Source: a virus
Lineage: Duplodnaviria; Heunggongvirae; Uroviricota; Caudoviricetes
Strand: one strand, 5' to 3'
Virus record (IMG/VR): IMGVR_UViG_3300028797_000106
Length of the DNA stretch: 64,000 nt
Shown: positions 28,266 to 37,055 of the stretch, one piece after another
How the letters are laid out: every line of letters starts with the position of its first letter
How positions within the stretch are numbered: the stretch's first letter is position 1
Program-made: the position numbers and the translations under genes
The notes under the pieces: model-generated
Databases searched by the model: none
Told to the model about the DNA's origin: nothing
The model's input: the letters and a program-made list of their open reading frames with translations, nothing else

Positions 28266-29408
28266 ATGTATTTGCCTAAGTTAGAAGATTACATGGAGAA
28301 GTTAGAAGAAAACGAAATCTTCTCCTGCGAAGACGAACATTTCATTGGGTTCAAGTATAATGCACCCACCACATACTTCCACTACTGGAATGATGTGACG
28401 CTGAATGCTCGCGGTATTGTCTTTGACAAGCAGACTGGTGAAATCGTTGCTCGTCCTTTCTACAAGTTCTTCAACTACCAGGAACTTATCAACGGTGAAG
28501 GACAGAGAACCGACATCCTAGATAAGGTTGAAGCATGCGGTTGGCGTCTTGACGCAACACAGTCTTTCCGTGTCATGGACAAGTTGGACGGTTCCTTGGG
28601 AATCGTCTTCTATGACAAGTATGCAGATAAGTGGCGTGTAAAGACAGGTGGTTCCTTCTCCTCTGACCAAGCAGTCTGGGGACAGAAGTGGTTTGACGAA
28701 AATGTGAACCTTTCTGAACTTGTGAAGGGATTTACTTACTGCTTTGAAATTATCTACAACGAAGATGTTCACCCAATCTCTTACGAAAAGGAAGAAATGG
28801 TATTGCTTGGCATCTGTGAAAACCAGACAGGTGTTGAATTGACTTTATCAGCTCTTCAAGACGCAGGAAAGGCATTGGGCGTTCGTGTTGCAGACATCAT
28901 CGAGTTCAAGAACTTTGATGAAGTTCTCCCTTATGCAACAAACCTTCCAAACACAAAGGAAGGCGTTGTGGTGACCTTCAAGAATGGGTTCAAGGTAAAG
29001 ATTAAGGGCAAGGAATTTTTGGAACTTCAAAGAAAGTTCCATAACATGACCGAAGACTTTATCTGGCAGAACTTTGACATCCACACTGGCAAGGTCCCAT
29101 TAGATATCATGGAAGCAATTCCTGAAGAAATGCCCGACTTAAAGCGCTATGCTGAAAACTTGGAAACAAGATACTTCGGCGGATGTGGAATGTCCTTCAC
29201 ACTGGCACATATCATGCGTGAAACCCACCAGGGCGACCGTCGCAAGATTTATGAAGAAGTGTCAAAGGGCATGGAAGCTATGCACATGAAGGGATTAACA
29301 GCAGCAGTAATGCGCTGTGTCACATTATTAGAACATGGAGAAACTCTTACTGACGAAACTTTGCCGGACTCCGTTCGCGAAATTGTCTACAAGACATTAA
29401 AGCCATAG
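28266..29408 (+). CDS. RNA ligase, Rnl1 family
   Basis: Motif I KLDGSL (T4 Rnl1 KEDGSL). RGIVFD...VARPFYKFFN matches T4 Rnl1 RGIMFE...IASRPMEKFFN. ATG at 28266; the ORF-track start at 28200 is TTG. Confidence 0.75.
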   Translation: MYLPKLEDYMEKLEENEIFSCEDEHFIGFKYNAPTTYFHYWNDVTLNARGIVFDKQTGEIVARPFYKFFNYQELINGEGQRTDILDKVEACGWRLDATQSFRVMDKLDGSLGIVFYDKYADKWRVKTGGSFSSDQAVWGQKWFDENVNLSELVKGFTYCFEIIYNEDVHPISYEKEEMVLLGICENQTGVELTLSALQDAGKALGVRVADIIEFKNFDEVLPYATNLPNTKEGVVVTFKNGFKVKIKGKEFLELQRKFHNMTEDFIWQNFDIHTGKVPLDIMEAIPEEMPDLKRYAENLETRYFGGCGMSFTLAHIMRETHQGDRRKIYEEVSKGMEAMHMKGLTAAVMRCVTLLEHGETLTDETLPDSVREIVYKTLKP

Positions 29409-29416
29409 GAGGCAAA

Positions 29417-29692
29417 ATGAATCAGACAGATGAAATCTATAACCGCATAAAGTTGGCGTTCATCAACCTATCGGAAGATGGCGCTTACTTTACTGAAAAC
29501 CCTGAAACGAAGACATTGTGTCTAAGTCTTAAAGACGGAATGGACACTTTGTCTATCTATCATATTTGGGGCAACAACCCAATTTCCATTTTATGTGGGG
29601 ATGAAGTCAAGACGATAAGCAATAACCCGCCAGATATTGCGGCATGTCTTGCACCTTACATTGAAAGCTGGCGAAAGAACAAGACCATCTAA
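29417..29692 (+). CDS. hypothetical protein
   Basis: 91 aa. Confidence 0.45.
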   Translation: MNQTDEIYNRIKLAFINLSEDGAYFTENPETKTLCLSLKDGMDTLSIYHIWGNNPISILCGDEVKTISNNPPDIAACLAPYIESWRKNKTI

Positions 29693-30447
29693 TGAACTTC
29701 AGACAAGCACTTAGACGATTTAACAGGAAACATCGTCAAATCGTCAACTTGACCATTACCGCAATCTTTCTTGCGGTCACTTGCTGCATAATCATGCAGT
29801 ATCAAACTCACTTATCCAATATGCAGCGTGTAGAGGCTGAAAAGGCCAACGCTGCATTACACGATGCTATCTTGGCAAGACAGGACTCACTTATTGCCGA
29901 AATTGAACATCTGAAAATTGGAATAAGCGATGCAACAAACAGAACATACAAGGTTACCCAAGCTGCCAATGAAATCAAAGAGATAAGGCAGATATCTGAG
30001 CCGGAAGCGATTAAACTTGCTTCTTTGCTTTATGATGAAAGTGAAAGGTCAGGCGTTGACTTTTCTTATGTTCTTGCTATCATTCATGCGGAAAGCCGCT
30101 TTAATCATAAGGTGACTTCAAATGTCGGGGCGCAAGGCATTATGCAGATCATGCCCATGACATTCATTTCAGTAGCTAAGATTTACGGATATGATTATCT
30201 GGAAACGGATATTACCGACCTCAAGAAGAATGTGAGAATTGGAACGCTGTTCCTCCACAGACTTAAGTCAAAGGTTGGCTCATACGACTTAGCATCCGCG
30301 GCCTATAACGGAGGCCCAAAAGCAGCCGCAAATTATAAAAGGCTAATGGCTGGTGACACGACTGCATTCGTCCCCGCGGAAACACAAAAGTATGTAGTGA
30401 CTGTGAATACTTACCGCAATCATTACAGAAAAATCCTAGGAGAATAA
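29692..30447 (+). CDS. Membrane-anchored lytic transglycosylase (SLT domain)
   Basis: N-terminal TM LTITAIFLAVTCCIIM; SLT motif HAESRFNHKVTSNVGAQGIMQI. Confidence 0.65.
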   Translation: MNFRQALRRFNRKHRQIVNLTITAIFLAVTCCIIMQYQTHLSNMQRVEAEKANAALHDAILARQDSLIAEIEHLKIGISDATNRTYKVTQAANEIKEIRQISEPEAIKLASLLYDESERSGVDFSYVLAIIHAESRFNHKVTSNVGAQGIMQIMPMTFISVAKIYGYDYLETDITDLKKNVRIGTLFLHRLKSKVGSYDLASAAYNGGPKAAANYKRLMAGDTTAFVPAETQKYVVTVNTYRNHYRKILGE

Positions 30448-30449
30448 TC

Positions 30450-30776
30450 ATGAGAATAGTCGTTAAATGTAATTACCATACCAAGGCAAGTCCGACAAAC
30501 GAACTTGTTGTGAATTACTTGGTTGGACATCTTGACGGCGTAAACGTTAAGACAAGATGCGTGGATGAAAATGTGACATTCACGGACATCTTCTTCATAA
30601 TCAACGGACATGAAATCAACGGGAAGGACATTGTCTCGTTAAAGATGTATGACAGAAGCGGATGGCATGATATTGCTATTGAGTCTGCCCGTGTCGCGAT
30701 TGACATATCATCATCATACTCTTACGAAGATTTTGCTATCTATGTAGGAAACATGCTTGTTGACCCGCAGGAATAA
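30450..30776 (+). CDS. hypothetical protein
   Basis: 108 aa. Confidence 0.45.
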   Translation: MRIVVKCNYHTKASPTNELVVNYLVGHLDGVNVKTRCVDENVTFTDIFFIINGHEINGKDIVSLKMYDRSGWHDIAIESARVAIDISSSYSYEDFAIYVGNMLVDPQE

Positions 30777-30872
30777 TACTTCATTTGTTTCCTTTTTATC
30801 CATTGCCAACTACATCAATAATTTTTATATTTTAATTGTTGAAACAATAACGGCAAACAAAAGGAAACAACA

Positions 30873-31238
30873 ATGACAAAAACTCACTACATCATCGCCA
30901 TCGCAATTTTGGTCGGCCTCGCATTCCTCGCCGGCGGAATGGTCGGAACTCATATTGAAAGAACCCATCACGAGAATTGGTTCGGACGATATGACAAGAG
31001 CTACATCAAGTACCTTGAAGCTCAGAACAAGAAGGTCTCTGAGCATTGGAAAGAGTGCCACGATGAACTTACGGAAGTTCAACGCCCGACCATTTATGTG
31101 CCAAAGAACATGCAAGACTCAATGCTTAATGTGATGGCTCAAACGGTCAAAGAAAAGGAACGCCTTGAAAAACAGTTTGAGGCGGAAAAGGCTGCTGCGC
31201 TTGAAAGACTTCGCAAGATGCTTAAAGACGCGGAATAA
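30873..31238 (+). CDS. hypothetical membrane protein with C-terminal coiled coil
   Basis: N-terminal TM IIAIAILVGLAFLAGGMVG; helical EKERLEKQFEAEKAAALERLRKM. Confidence 0.5.
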   Translation: MTKTHYIIAIAILVGLAFLAGGMVGTHIERTHHENWFGRYDKSYIKYLEAQNKKVSEHWKECHDELTEVQRPTIYVPKNMQDSMLNVMAQTVKEKERLEKQFEAEKAAALERLRKMLKDAE

Positions 31239-31384
31239 TTTATCTGACCCAACCATTGCCAAACCCAACAAAATTTTTTAATTTTCAACTGTAAATTTCA
31301 ATTACACAAACTGCATCTCAAATCTCATCTGCGCAGATGCGACATGGGATGTAAAACACAAAACCTCCAAAAAGGAAAAACAAT

Positions 31385-32650
31385 ATGTCAAAAACTGGTA
31401 TCTTCGGCATCGCCGCTGCTGCTATTCTCATCATCCTTGGTATCTTCGCGGGCAAGCTCGTCGGATATAACCAAGCAACCCAATTGCTCGTGAAACAGTC
31501 GCCGTTTGGCACGCTTTCTTGCGTGGACGAACCGGGCTTCTATTTCAAGGGCTTCGCTTCCATCTTCAAGTATGACCGCACCAAGGACTTCTACTTCAAC
31601 TCTTCAACAGAAAAGGTTAAGGGTGAAGGCTGGGAAGGTGACGACAGCGATGAAGACGACATCTCCGTCACGCTGAGCCGAAACGCTAACGCTGACATCT
31701 CAGGATATTTGAAATATCAGCTGCCTACAAACTGTGATGCGTTAATTAAAATCCATCGTGATCAGCAAAGCGATAAGAAGGTTAAGCATGAGCTTGTAAG
31801 AAATACCGTGCTATCCGCTGTCCGAAAGACTGCACCTATCTTTACGGCTGAAGAAGCTAAGGTTACCCGAATTGCTGAATTCCGTAAGTTGGCAGAAGAC
31901 ATGCTAACTGAAGGTGAATATGCCACAACCATTGAGGTTCTGAAGGAAAAGGCTGGTGAGGACGAAGTTGACTCAAACGGCAAGGTCATTAAGAAGGCAG
32001 AAACTCAGGAATACCGCATTACTAAGTTGAAGCTGGACAAGGACGGCAACCGCGTGCTTACGAAGAAATCTGCGTTGAAGCAGTATGGAATATCTGTGCT
32101 TCAGTTTGAAATTCAGAATGTTAAGCTTGATGAAAAGGCACAGAAGCAGTTGGATATTGTGAAGGAAAGAGAAATGCAGCGAGTCGCCAATGCAACTGCA
32201 GCAGAAACTGCTAAGCAGAAGGCAATTACCGCAAAGGCAGAAGGTGACGCAAAGATTGCAGAAGCCAAGGCAGCACAGGAAGTTATTAAGATGACTGAAG
32301 TTACCCAGGCTCAAAAGGAACGCGATGTTGCTATCCTTCAGGCTGAAAAGGAAAAGGAAGTTGCTCGCCTAAATGCTTTGAAGGCACTTGAAGATGCTAA
32401 GAGAATTCGTGCTGAAGGTGAAGCAGAAGCTGCCGCAAACCGTGCTAAGGTTATTGCAGGTTTGACCCCGCAGGAAAAAGCTGAATGGGATTACAAGACC
32501 CGCGTCGGCGTGGCTGAAGCTCTTGCCAAATCTTCTCACCCGCTCGTTCCTGAAATCATGATGGGCGGCAATGGTGGTAAGGACGGCAATGCGATGGACG
32601 CCGTTGGCTTGAAGATGCTCATGGACATCACGGAAAAGCTTTCCAAGTGA
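31385..32650 (+). CDS. SPFH/band-7-like membrane protein
   Basis: N-terminal TM, central globular region, long Ala/Glu/Lys-rich coiled coil typical of HflK/flotillin-type proteins. Confidence 0.45.
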   Translation: MSKTGIFGIAAAAILIILGIFAGKLVGYNQATQLLVKQSPFGTLSCVDEPGFYFKGFASIFKYDRTKDFYFNSSTEKVKGEGWEGDDSDEDDISVTLSRNANADISGYLKYQLPTNCDALIKIHRDQQSDKKVKHELVRNTVLSAVRKTAPIFTAEEAKVTRIAEFRKLAEDMLTEGEYATTIEVLKEKAGEDEVDSNGKVIKKAETQEYRITKLKLDKDGNRVLTKKSALKQYGISVLQFEIQNVKLDEKAQKQLDIVKEREMQRVANATAAETAKQKAITAKAEGDAKIAEAKAAQEVIKMTEVTQAQKERDVAILQAEKEKEVARLNALKALEDAKRIRAEGEAEAAANRAKVIAGLTPQEKAEWDYKTRVGVAEALAKSSHPLVPEIMMGGNGGKDGNAMDAVGLKMLMDITEKLSK

Positions 32651-32767
32651 GACCGAAAGCCAGTCGTGGTTCCATCTCGTTCCACGACTTGGGAACCACC
32701 CGTCTCTGACCCGTCGGCTATGGTGTTGAAACAGAACGCCGCACCGATGGTATTCAAATAACTTTAG

Positions 32768-32800
32768 CGGGTGCATCTGCACCCGCTTTTCTTTTTCTCT
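32768..32800 (+). terminator. Rho-independent terminator
   Basis: gcgggtgca-tc-tgcacccgc hairpin followed by ttttctttttctc. Confidence 0.6.
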
Positions 32801-32818
32801 CAACAAGGAAACACAAAA

Positions 32819-33259
32819 ATGAAAAAAGGATTTACACTTGTAGAATTGATGGTCGTGATCACAATCATGGGCATCTTAGCGGCAGTAGCCGTTCCAAAAG
32901 CATTCGGACTTGTATGTCTGAATAACCTTGACCGTTGTGAAGCCGAGATGCCGTCTACTTATAAAGAAATTTGCATCAACGGCGACATTCATTCCAGCGA
33001 CCGTCAAGACAGAATTTGTAGGGAACATCTGGCAAAGAAGGTTAAGAAGAATAAGGCACCTGATGTTATCGCCGCACAGCCAGAACCTACCGGCGCCTCT
33101 TCAGTTAAGACCGATACAGTTGTCGTGATTAAGCATGATACGGTCTTCGTCACTGTAAATGAATTACCACTTGATGTATGCATTGAAAACTGTAAGGCGG
33201 AGAACAAATCGGAAAGCCTTATTAAGTTCTGCATCAAAGAAAAGTGCATGAAGGAGTAA
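32819..33259 (+). CDS. Type IV pilin-like protein (prepilin-type N-terminal methylation/cleavage domain)
   Basis: MKKGFTLVELMVVITIMGILAAVAVP is a textbook class III signal peptide with the G-F-T-L-V-E motif. ATG at 32819. Confidence 0.6.
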   Translation: MKKGFTLVELMVVITIMGILAAVAVPKAFGLVCLNNLDRCEAEMPSTYKEICINGDIHSSDRQDRICREHLAKKVKKNKAPDVIAAQPEPTGASSVKTDTVVVIKHDTVFVTVNELPLDVCIENCKAENKSESLIKFCIKEKCMKE

Positions 33260-33261
33260 GT

Positions 33262-33690
33262 ATGCATAAGATGATTGACAAGTTTTTGGTTTTCCTCGTT
33301 GCCTTCTTGCTCTTGGCGATATTCGGATATTACCTTGACCAAAAGGCATTTGACGATGCAGCAGACAAGATCATCAGAACTCCGGTGATTGTCCGCGACA
33401 CAATTCGAGACACGACTGTGGTGCATGACACAACTATCAAGGAGATTAACAAGTACATCACATCTGTCTCATACAGCAACGCTTACCCACCGCGTCTTGA
33501 TACATTTGAAGTTCATCAAGGCAAGACGGAATTAGACATCGTCTTCCAAGACGGTGAACTTCCGATTGACAATGCAGTCGGCTATAAGGTATTATGCAAC
33601 GGGCGTCTCTATGAAAAGAAAGACGATCCTGAAGCTGATCCTTACCGCGACTGTGCAGGCGAATGGGTAATCATAGTAAAGGTAGAATAA
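33262..33690 (+). CDS. hypothetical membrane protein (N-terminal TM)
   Basis: aaggag RBS; FLVFLVAFLLLAIFGYY TM. Confidence 0.5.
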   Translation: MHKMIDKFLVFLVAFLLLAIFGYYLDQKAFDDAADKIIRTPVIVRDTIRDTTVVHDTTIKEINKYITSVSYSNAYPPRLDTFEVHQGKTELDIVFQDGELPIDNAVGYKVLCNGRLYEKKDDPEADPYRDCAGEWVIIVKVE

Positions 33691-33953
33691 TGAAGAAACT
33701 GATTTTGATTATCGCCGTGCTCTTGCTTGTAGGATGTAAATGCCAAAACGGCGGTCCTGCACAGACACGAGGCGGCACGAAGTATTATCCGATTAAGATT
33801 TGCTCTATCGGAGACATGGACGGTTCATCTTGCGTGGAATACAAAGCAAAGGATTACGACTTAACATCTGACTGGCTTTATGTCACTACGCTTGATGACC
33901 ATGAATATGTGTTCAACATGCATGGTTGGGCAATAATAAGAACAAGAAAATAG
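33690..33953 (+). CDS. Putative lipoprotein
   Basis: MKKLILIIAVLLLVGC signal peptide with L-V-G-C lipobox; ATG overlaps the upstream stop. Confidence 0.5.
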   Translation: MKKLILIIAVLLLVGCKCQNGGPAQTRGGTKYYPIKICSIGDMDGSSCVEYKAKDYDLTSDWLYVTTLDDHEYVFNMHGWAIIRTRK

Positions 33954-33963
33954 GAAATGAAAA

Positions 33964-34623
33964 ATGACAGACAATTTTGAACAGATCCGCGGCATACTTA
34001 AGTTTGACCTGCCTGAACACTTCTACTATGTTCAACTGCTCAAAAGACAGTCTGACGATCCGTTAGTTGATGGTAAGAAGGATCCGGCATATCACGGAAA
34101 CATGCACTCCCGTTCGCTTAAGAACTACTACTTCCGTGACTTGAAAACTTTTGATGCTAAGCGAGCCGAAATCATCAAGTACTGTGATGCAAACAATGTT
34201 CGTGCATACATCCGTCTTAATCGCCGTTCAAACAAGGCGGTTGACATGGAAATGTATGAACATATCTACTCATGCTTAAAGAACGGAACATTTAAGAGTC
34301 CTGAGTACCTACTTGCTTCGGCATGTGGTAAGGTAAATTCGGAACCGAAGGCTACCCGCTCATGGCTAATTGATGTTGACGCTGAATACATGCCTTACCT
34401 AAAAGACATTAAAGAAGCTGCCAACATCGCCCGTTCATCTTACTCTGGAACAGCAGTGCTGCATGAAATTCCTTCTAAGCACGGTATGCACTTAATCACG
34501 CATCCGTTCAATAAACAGGATTACATGTATTATTGGAAGGCCTTTACTAGTGGGGCAGCGGACATCCCTCGGGAACCTGCTGCAGTTCACCAGGACAACC
34601 CGACAATACTTTATGCACCGTAG
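33964..34623 (+). CDS. hypothetical protein
   Basis: 219 aa. Confidence 0.5.
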   Translation: MTDNFEQIRGILKFDLPEHFYYVQLLKRQSDDPLVDGKKDPAYHGNMHSRSLKNYYFRDLKTFDAKRAEIIKYCDANNVRAYIRLNRRSNKAVDMEMYEHIYSCLKNGTFKSPEYLLASACGKVNSEPKATRSWLIDVDAEYMPYLKDIKEAANIARSSYSGTAVLHEIPSKHGMHLITHPFNKQDYMYYWKAFTSGAADIPREPAAVHQDNPTILYAP

Positions 34624-34631
34624 GAGTAAGA

Positions 34632-35291
34632 ATGAGCATATTAAACGCATTTAAGAAACAGTACCCATCACCCTGTGCGCCGTCTAGCAACGCTGGACTT
34701 AATTCATGTTCTAGCTTTGGCTCTGGCTTGGTGTCAGCTGCTTGGGCTGCGTGTCCTCCCTTTTCAGGATTCGTTGGCACAACGGCTAGCAACAGCTGGG
34801 ATGAATATCAACCAGAAGATACATACGGCGGCGATGAAGAACATATTCTCAAGCCACAGGATGAAGCGAACTATCCTTTCTTCAAAAAGGAAATGGAAGA
34901 GCTTTGCCCTGAGATTGAGATTAACAAAAGTCAAGGCTGTTATGGAACAATGCAGTTCATATTCTATCCGAATGGGAAAGCAGCAGCTGAGCAAGAACAA
35001 GCCGATGATGACGATTTCTTTTCAAAACTCAACGGCTATGATAACCCAGTAAAGGTGATGTTTACAGGCGGTGACATCATTGGAACTTGTTTGCCTGATG
35101 GACGCTTGACACTTTGCGATGAAGGCGGACATAACACAAACTTCATCCCGCACTGCATTGAAGACTATCGCCGTTATGCAAAGGCTATGCGAATTGAACT
35201 TGATGACCGAAAGGAAAAGCAAGCTCTTCGTGAGAAAATGGAAGCACTTTCAAAGAAGCGTGACAGCAAGATCCGCGCTGCATTGGGGTAA
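34632..35291 (+). CDS. hypothetical protein
   Basis: 219 aa. Confidence 0.5.
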   Translation: MSILNAFKKQYPSPCAPSSNAGLNSCSSFGSGLVSAAWAACPPFSGFVGTTASNSWDEYQPEDTYGGDEEHILKPQDEANYPFFKKEMEELCPEIEINKSQGCYGTMQFIFYPNGKAAAEQEQADDDDFFSKLNGYDNPVKVMFTGGDIIGTCLPDGRLTLCDEGGHNTNFIPHCIEDYRRYAKAMRIELDDRKEKQALREKMEALSKKRDSKIRAALG

Positions 35292-35293
35292 AG

Positions 35294-35938
35294 ATGGACG
35301 AAATAGACGCAGATATGAAAAGCATAGGCGTAGATTATGCTATGAAAAGAGCTAAGTCAGTTCTTGTTGATTCACAATCATCTGACTCATCAGCAACCTG
35401 TCTTTATAGCATTGCGGATAAATCTGCATTAACTGTATCGGATAATACAGCAGCCACATGGAAGATAGATGATTCCATAGGATCTTACTATCCGATAAAA
35501 ATTCCACTAGACACAAGGATATCTACAATGAACTCTTATGACGCTTTACTCTTTGGAGTAATGAAAAGCAAGTATGAACCGTTTATCCGAAATGGCGTAG
35601 GCGGTCCACTTTATGACAAGTTGAAAGAAGTCCTGCAAGAAAAATGCCCGGACATACTTTCAATACAGATAACACGAAACGAAGGTGAAGCAGTCATTTC
35701 ATTGCGAAAGCCGGTCAACGGTGGCGTCTTACCTGTCATCGCCACGATTGAACACAACCTCGTGATTTATCACATGCCTGACCAAACATCAAATCGTTAC
35801 ACATTTGTGGAACATGAATGTGACTTGCACAAGGTTGTGAAGGCGATTGAGATAATTGTCAACTACTACAATGAACTCGAAGCACGTCAAACAAAACTAG
35901 CCCACCAGTTTGACATCCTTGATACGCAAGAAAAATAA
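35294..35938 (+). CDS. hypothetical protein
   Basis: 214 aa. Confidence 0.5.
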   Translation: MDEIDADMKSIGVDYAMKRAKSVLVDSQSSDSSATCLYSIADKSALTVSDNTAATWKIDDSIGSYYPIKIPLDTRISTMNSYDALLFGVMKSKYEPFIRNGVGGPLYDKLKEVLQEKCPDILSIQITRNEGEAVISLRKPVNGGVLPVIATIEHNLVIYHMPDQTSNRYTFVEHECDLHKVVKAIEIIVNYYNELEARQTKLAHQFDILDTQEK

Positions 35939-35958
35939 ATAAATCAAGGAGAACGGAA

Positions 35959-36339
35959 ATGCAATACGAGATTACATTTGCTAGAGACATTGATGCTAAT
36001 GACGCATTTGATGCATTGGTTTCTGAACAGGGTTTTGAACATGTGACAGAAGAAGGATGGTTTGAAAATGACAAAGGCCTTGGCATTAAGAATGTTGGCG
36101 GAAGACTTATAATTCAGGGTGATGACTTTGAAGAGCTTAAGGACATGATCCAGCTTATCGTTGTCTCTTACCGTGATTACTCACCGTCAATTCAACAAGT
36201 CAAGAACGAATCATACAAGCCGCAGAAGAACTTTGCCCAAGCATTCCGTGCTATGACAAAGGGTGGCTTGAAGAAACATCAGATATCTGAAGCAGTTAAG
36301 ACCCTTGAAAATGTTGGAGCCATCATCCAGAATGGGTAA
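35959..36339 (+). CDS. hypothetical protein
   Basis: 126 aa. Confidence 0.5.
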   Translation: MQYEITFARDIDANDAFDALVSEQGFEHVTEEGWFENDKGLGIKNVGGRLIIQGDDFEELKDMIQLIVVSYRDYSPSIQQVKNESYKPQKNFAQAFRAMTKGGLKKHQISEAVKTLENVGAIIQNG

Positions 36340-36363
36340 TGTAGCTTATAGAAAATTTTTATG

Positions 36364-36400
36364 CAGCGCCGCAAAGCGCTGCCTTTTTTTGTTATATTTT
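36364..36400 (+). terminator. Rho-independent terminator with adjoining GTTATATTTT promoter-like box
   Basis: gcagcgc-cgcaaa-gcgctgc hairpin then ctttttttgttatatttt; preceded by gaaaattttt. Confidence 0.65.
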
Positions 36401-36426
36401 ATTCAAATAGAAGTTGGAGTTACGAA

Positions 36427-36732
36427 ATGACTGTAGATACATTTGCTTTATGGAAGTTCAAGACCATTGAAGGAATACTCAAGAATTGTCACCCAGCTGA
36501 CTTTTTGACAACCGTATTCACAAAAGGTTTTGAGACATACACAGTGCACTATGACCTTAAGACAAACACATGTGTTATTGAGGACGCTATTAAATTAGAT
36601 GACCAGCAAACACAGTGTTCATTCAAAGATCTTCCAAAGAAGCTCGCTGAAATGGGACTCTATGAAAGAAAAAATCCTGAGGATTGTCACTCAAATGCTC
36701 TCATACCGTTCATTGGCAATTTGGAGAATTAA
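36427..36732 (+). CDS. hypothetical protein
   Basis: ATG at 36427; the 36361 start in the ORF track lies inside the terminator hairpin. Confidence 0.45.
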   Translation: MTVDTFALWKFKTIEGILKNCHPADFLTTVFTKGFETYTVHYDLKTNTCVIEDAIKLDDQQTQCSFKDLPKKLAEMGLYERKNPEDCHSNALIPFIGNLEN

Positions 36733-37055
36733 TGATTGCTATCATAGCTAATATCTTTGGTTTCTTAGGTGCTATTCTTTTCGCATTAAAGACCGGCCCA
36801 CAAATTTGGGAGTGTTGGAAAAACAAATCTACCAAAGGAATAAGCAAGAAAATGCTCTTGATGGATCTTGGAGGTAATATCTTCAGTTTCATCTATATCT
36901 TTTGGTTAAGCTGGGTAGGCGGCATCTGGGCTATCTCAAATCTTCTGAATTATACGGTAGCAACGATCTTCCTACTTATTTTATTCTGGCTCATGTGGAA
37001 ATTCAAAAAAGACAAAAATACCCAGCAGAACGAATCTACTGGGGAAGAAGGTTAA
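36732..37055 (+). CDS. PQ-loop / SemiSWEET-like 3-TM membrane protein
   Basis: 107 aa, three hydrophobic helices; TGPQIWECWKNKSTKGIS resembles the PQ-loop motif. Confidence 0.45.
   Translation: MIAIIANIFGFLGAILFALKTGPQIWECWKNKSTKGISKKMLLMDLGGNIFSFIYIFWLSWVGGIWAISNLLNYTVATIFLLILFWLMWKFKKDKNTQQNESTGEEG

Noticed and set aside
36361-36426. ORF-track start at 36361 for ORF 36361-36732
   Set aside because: The ATG lies inside the terminator hairpin gcagcgccgcaaagcgctgc. The start was moved to 36427, downstream of the promoter-like box.
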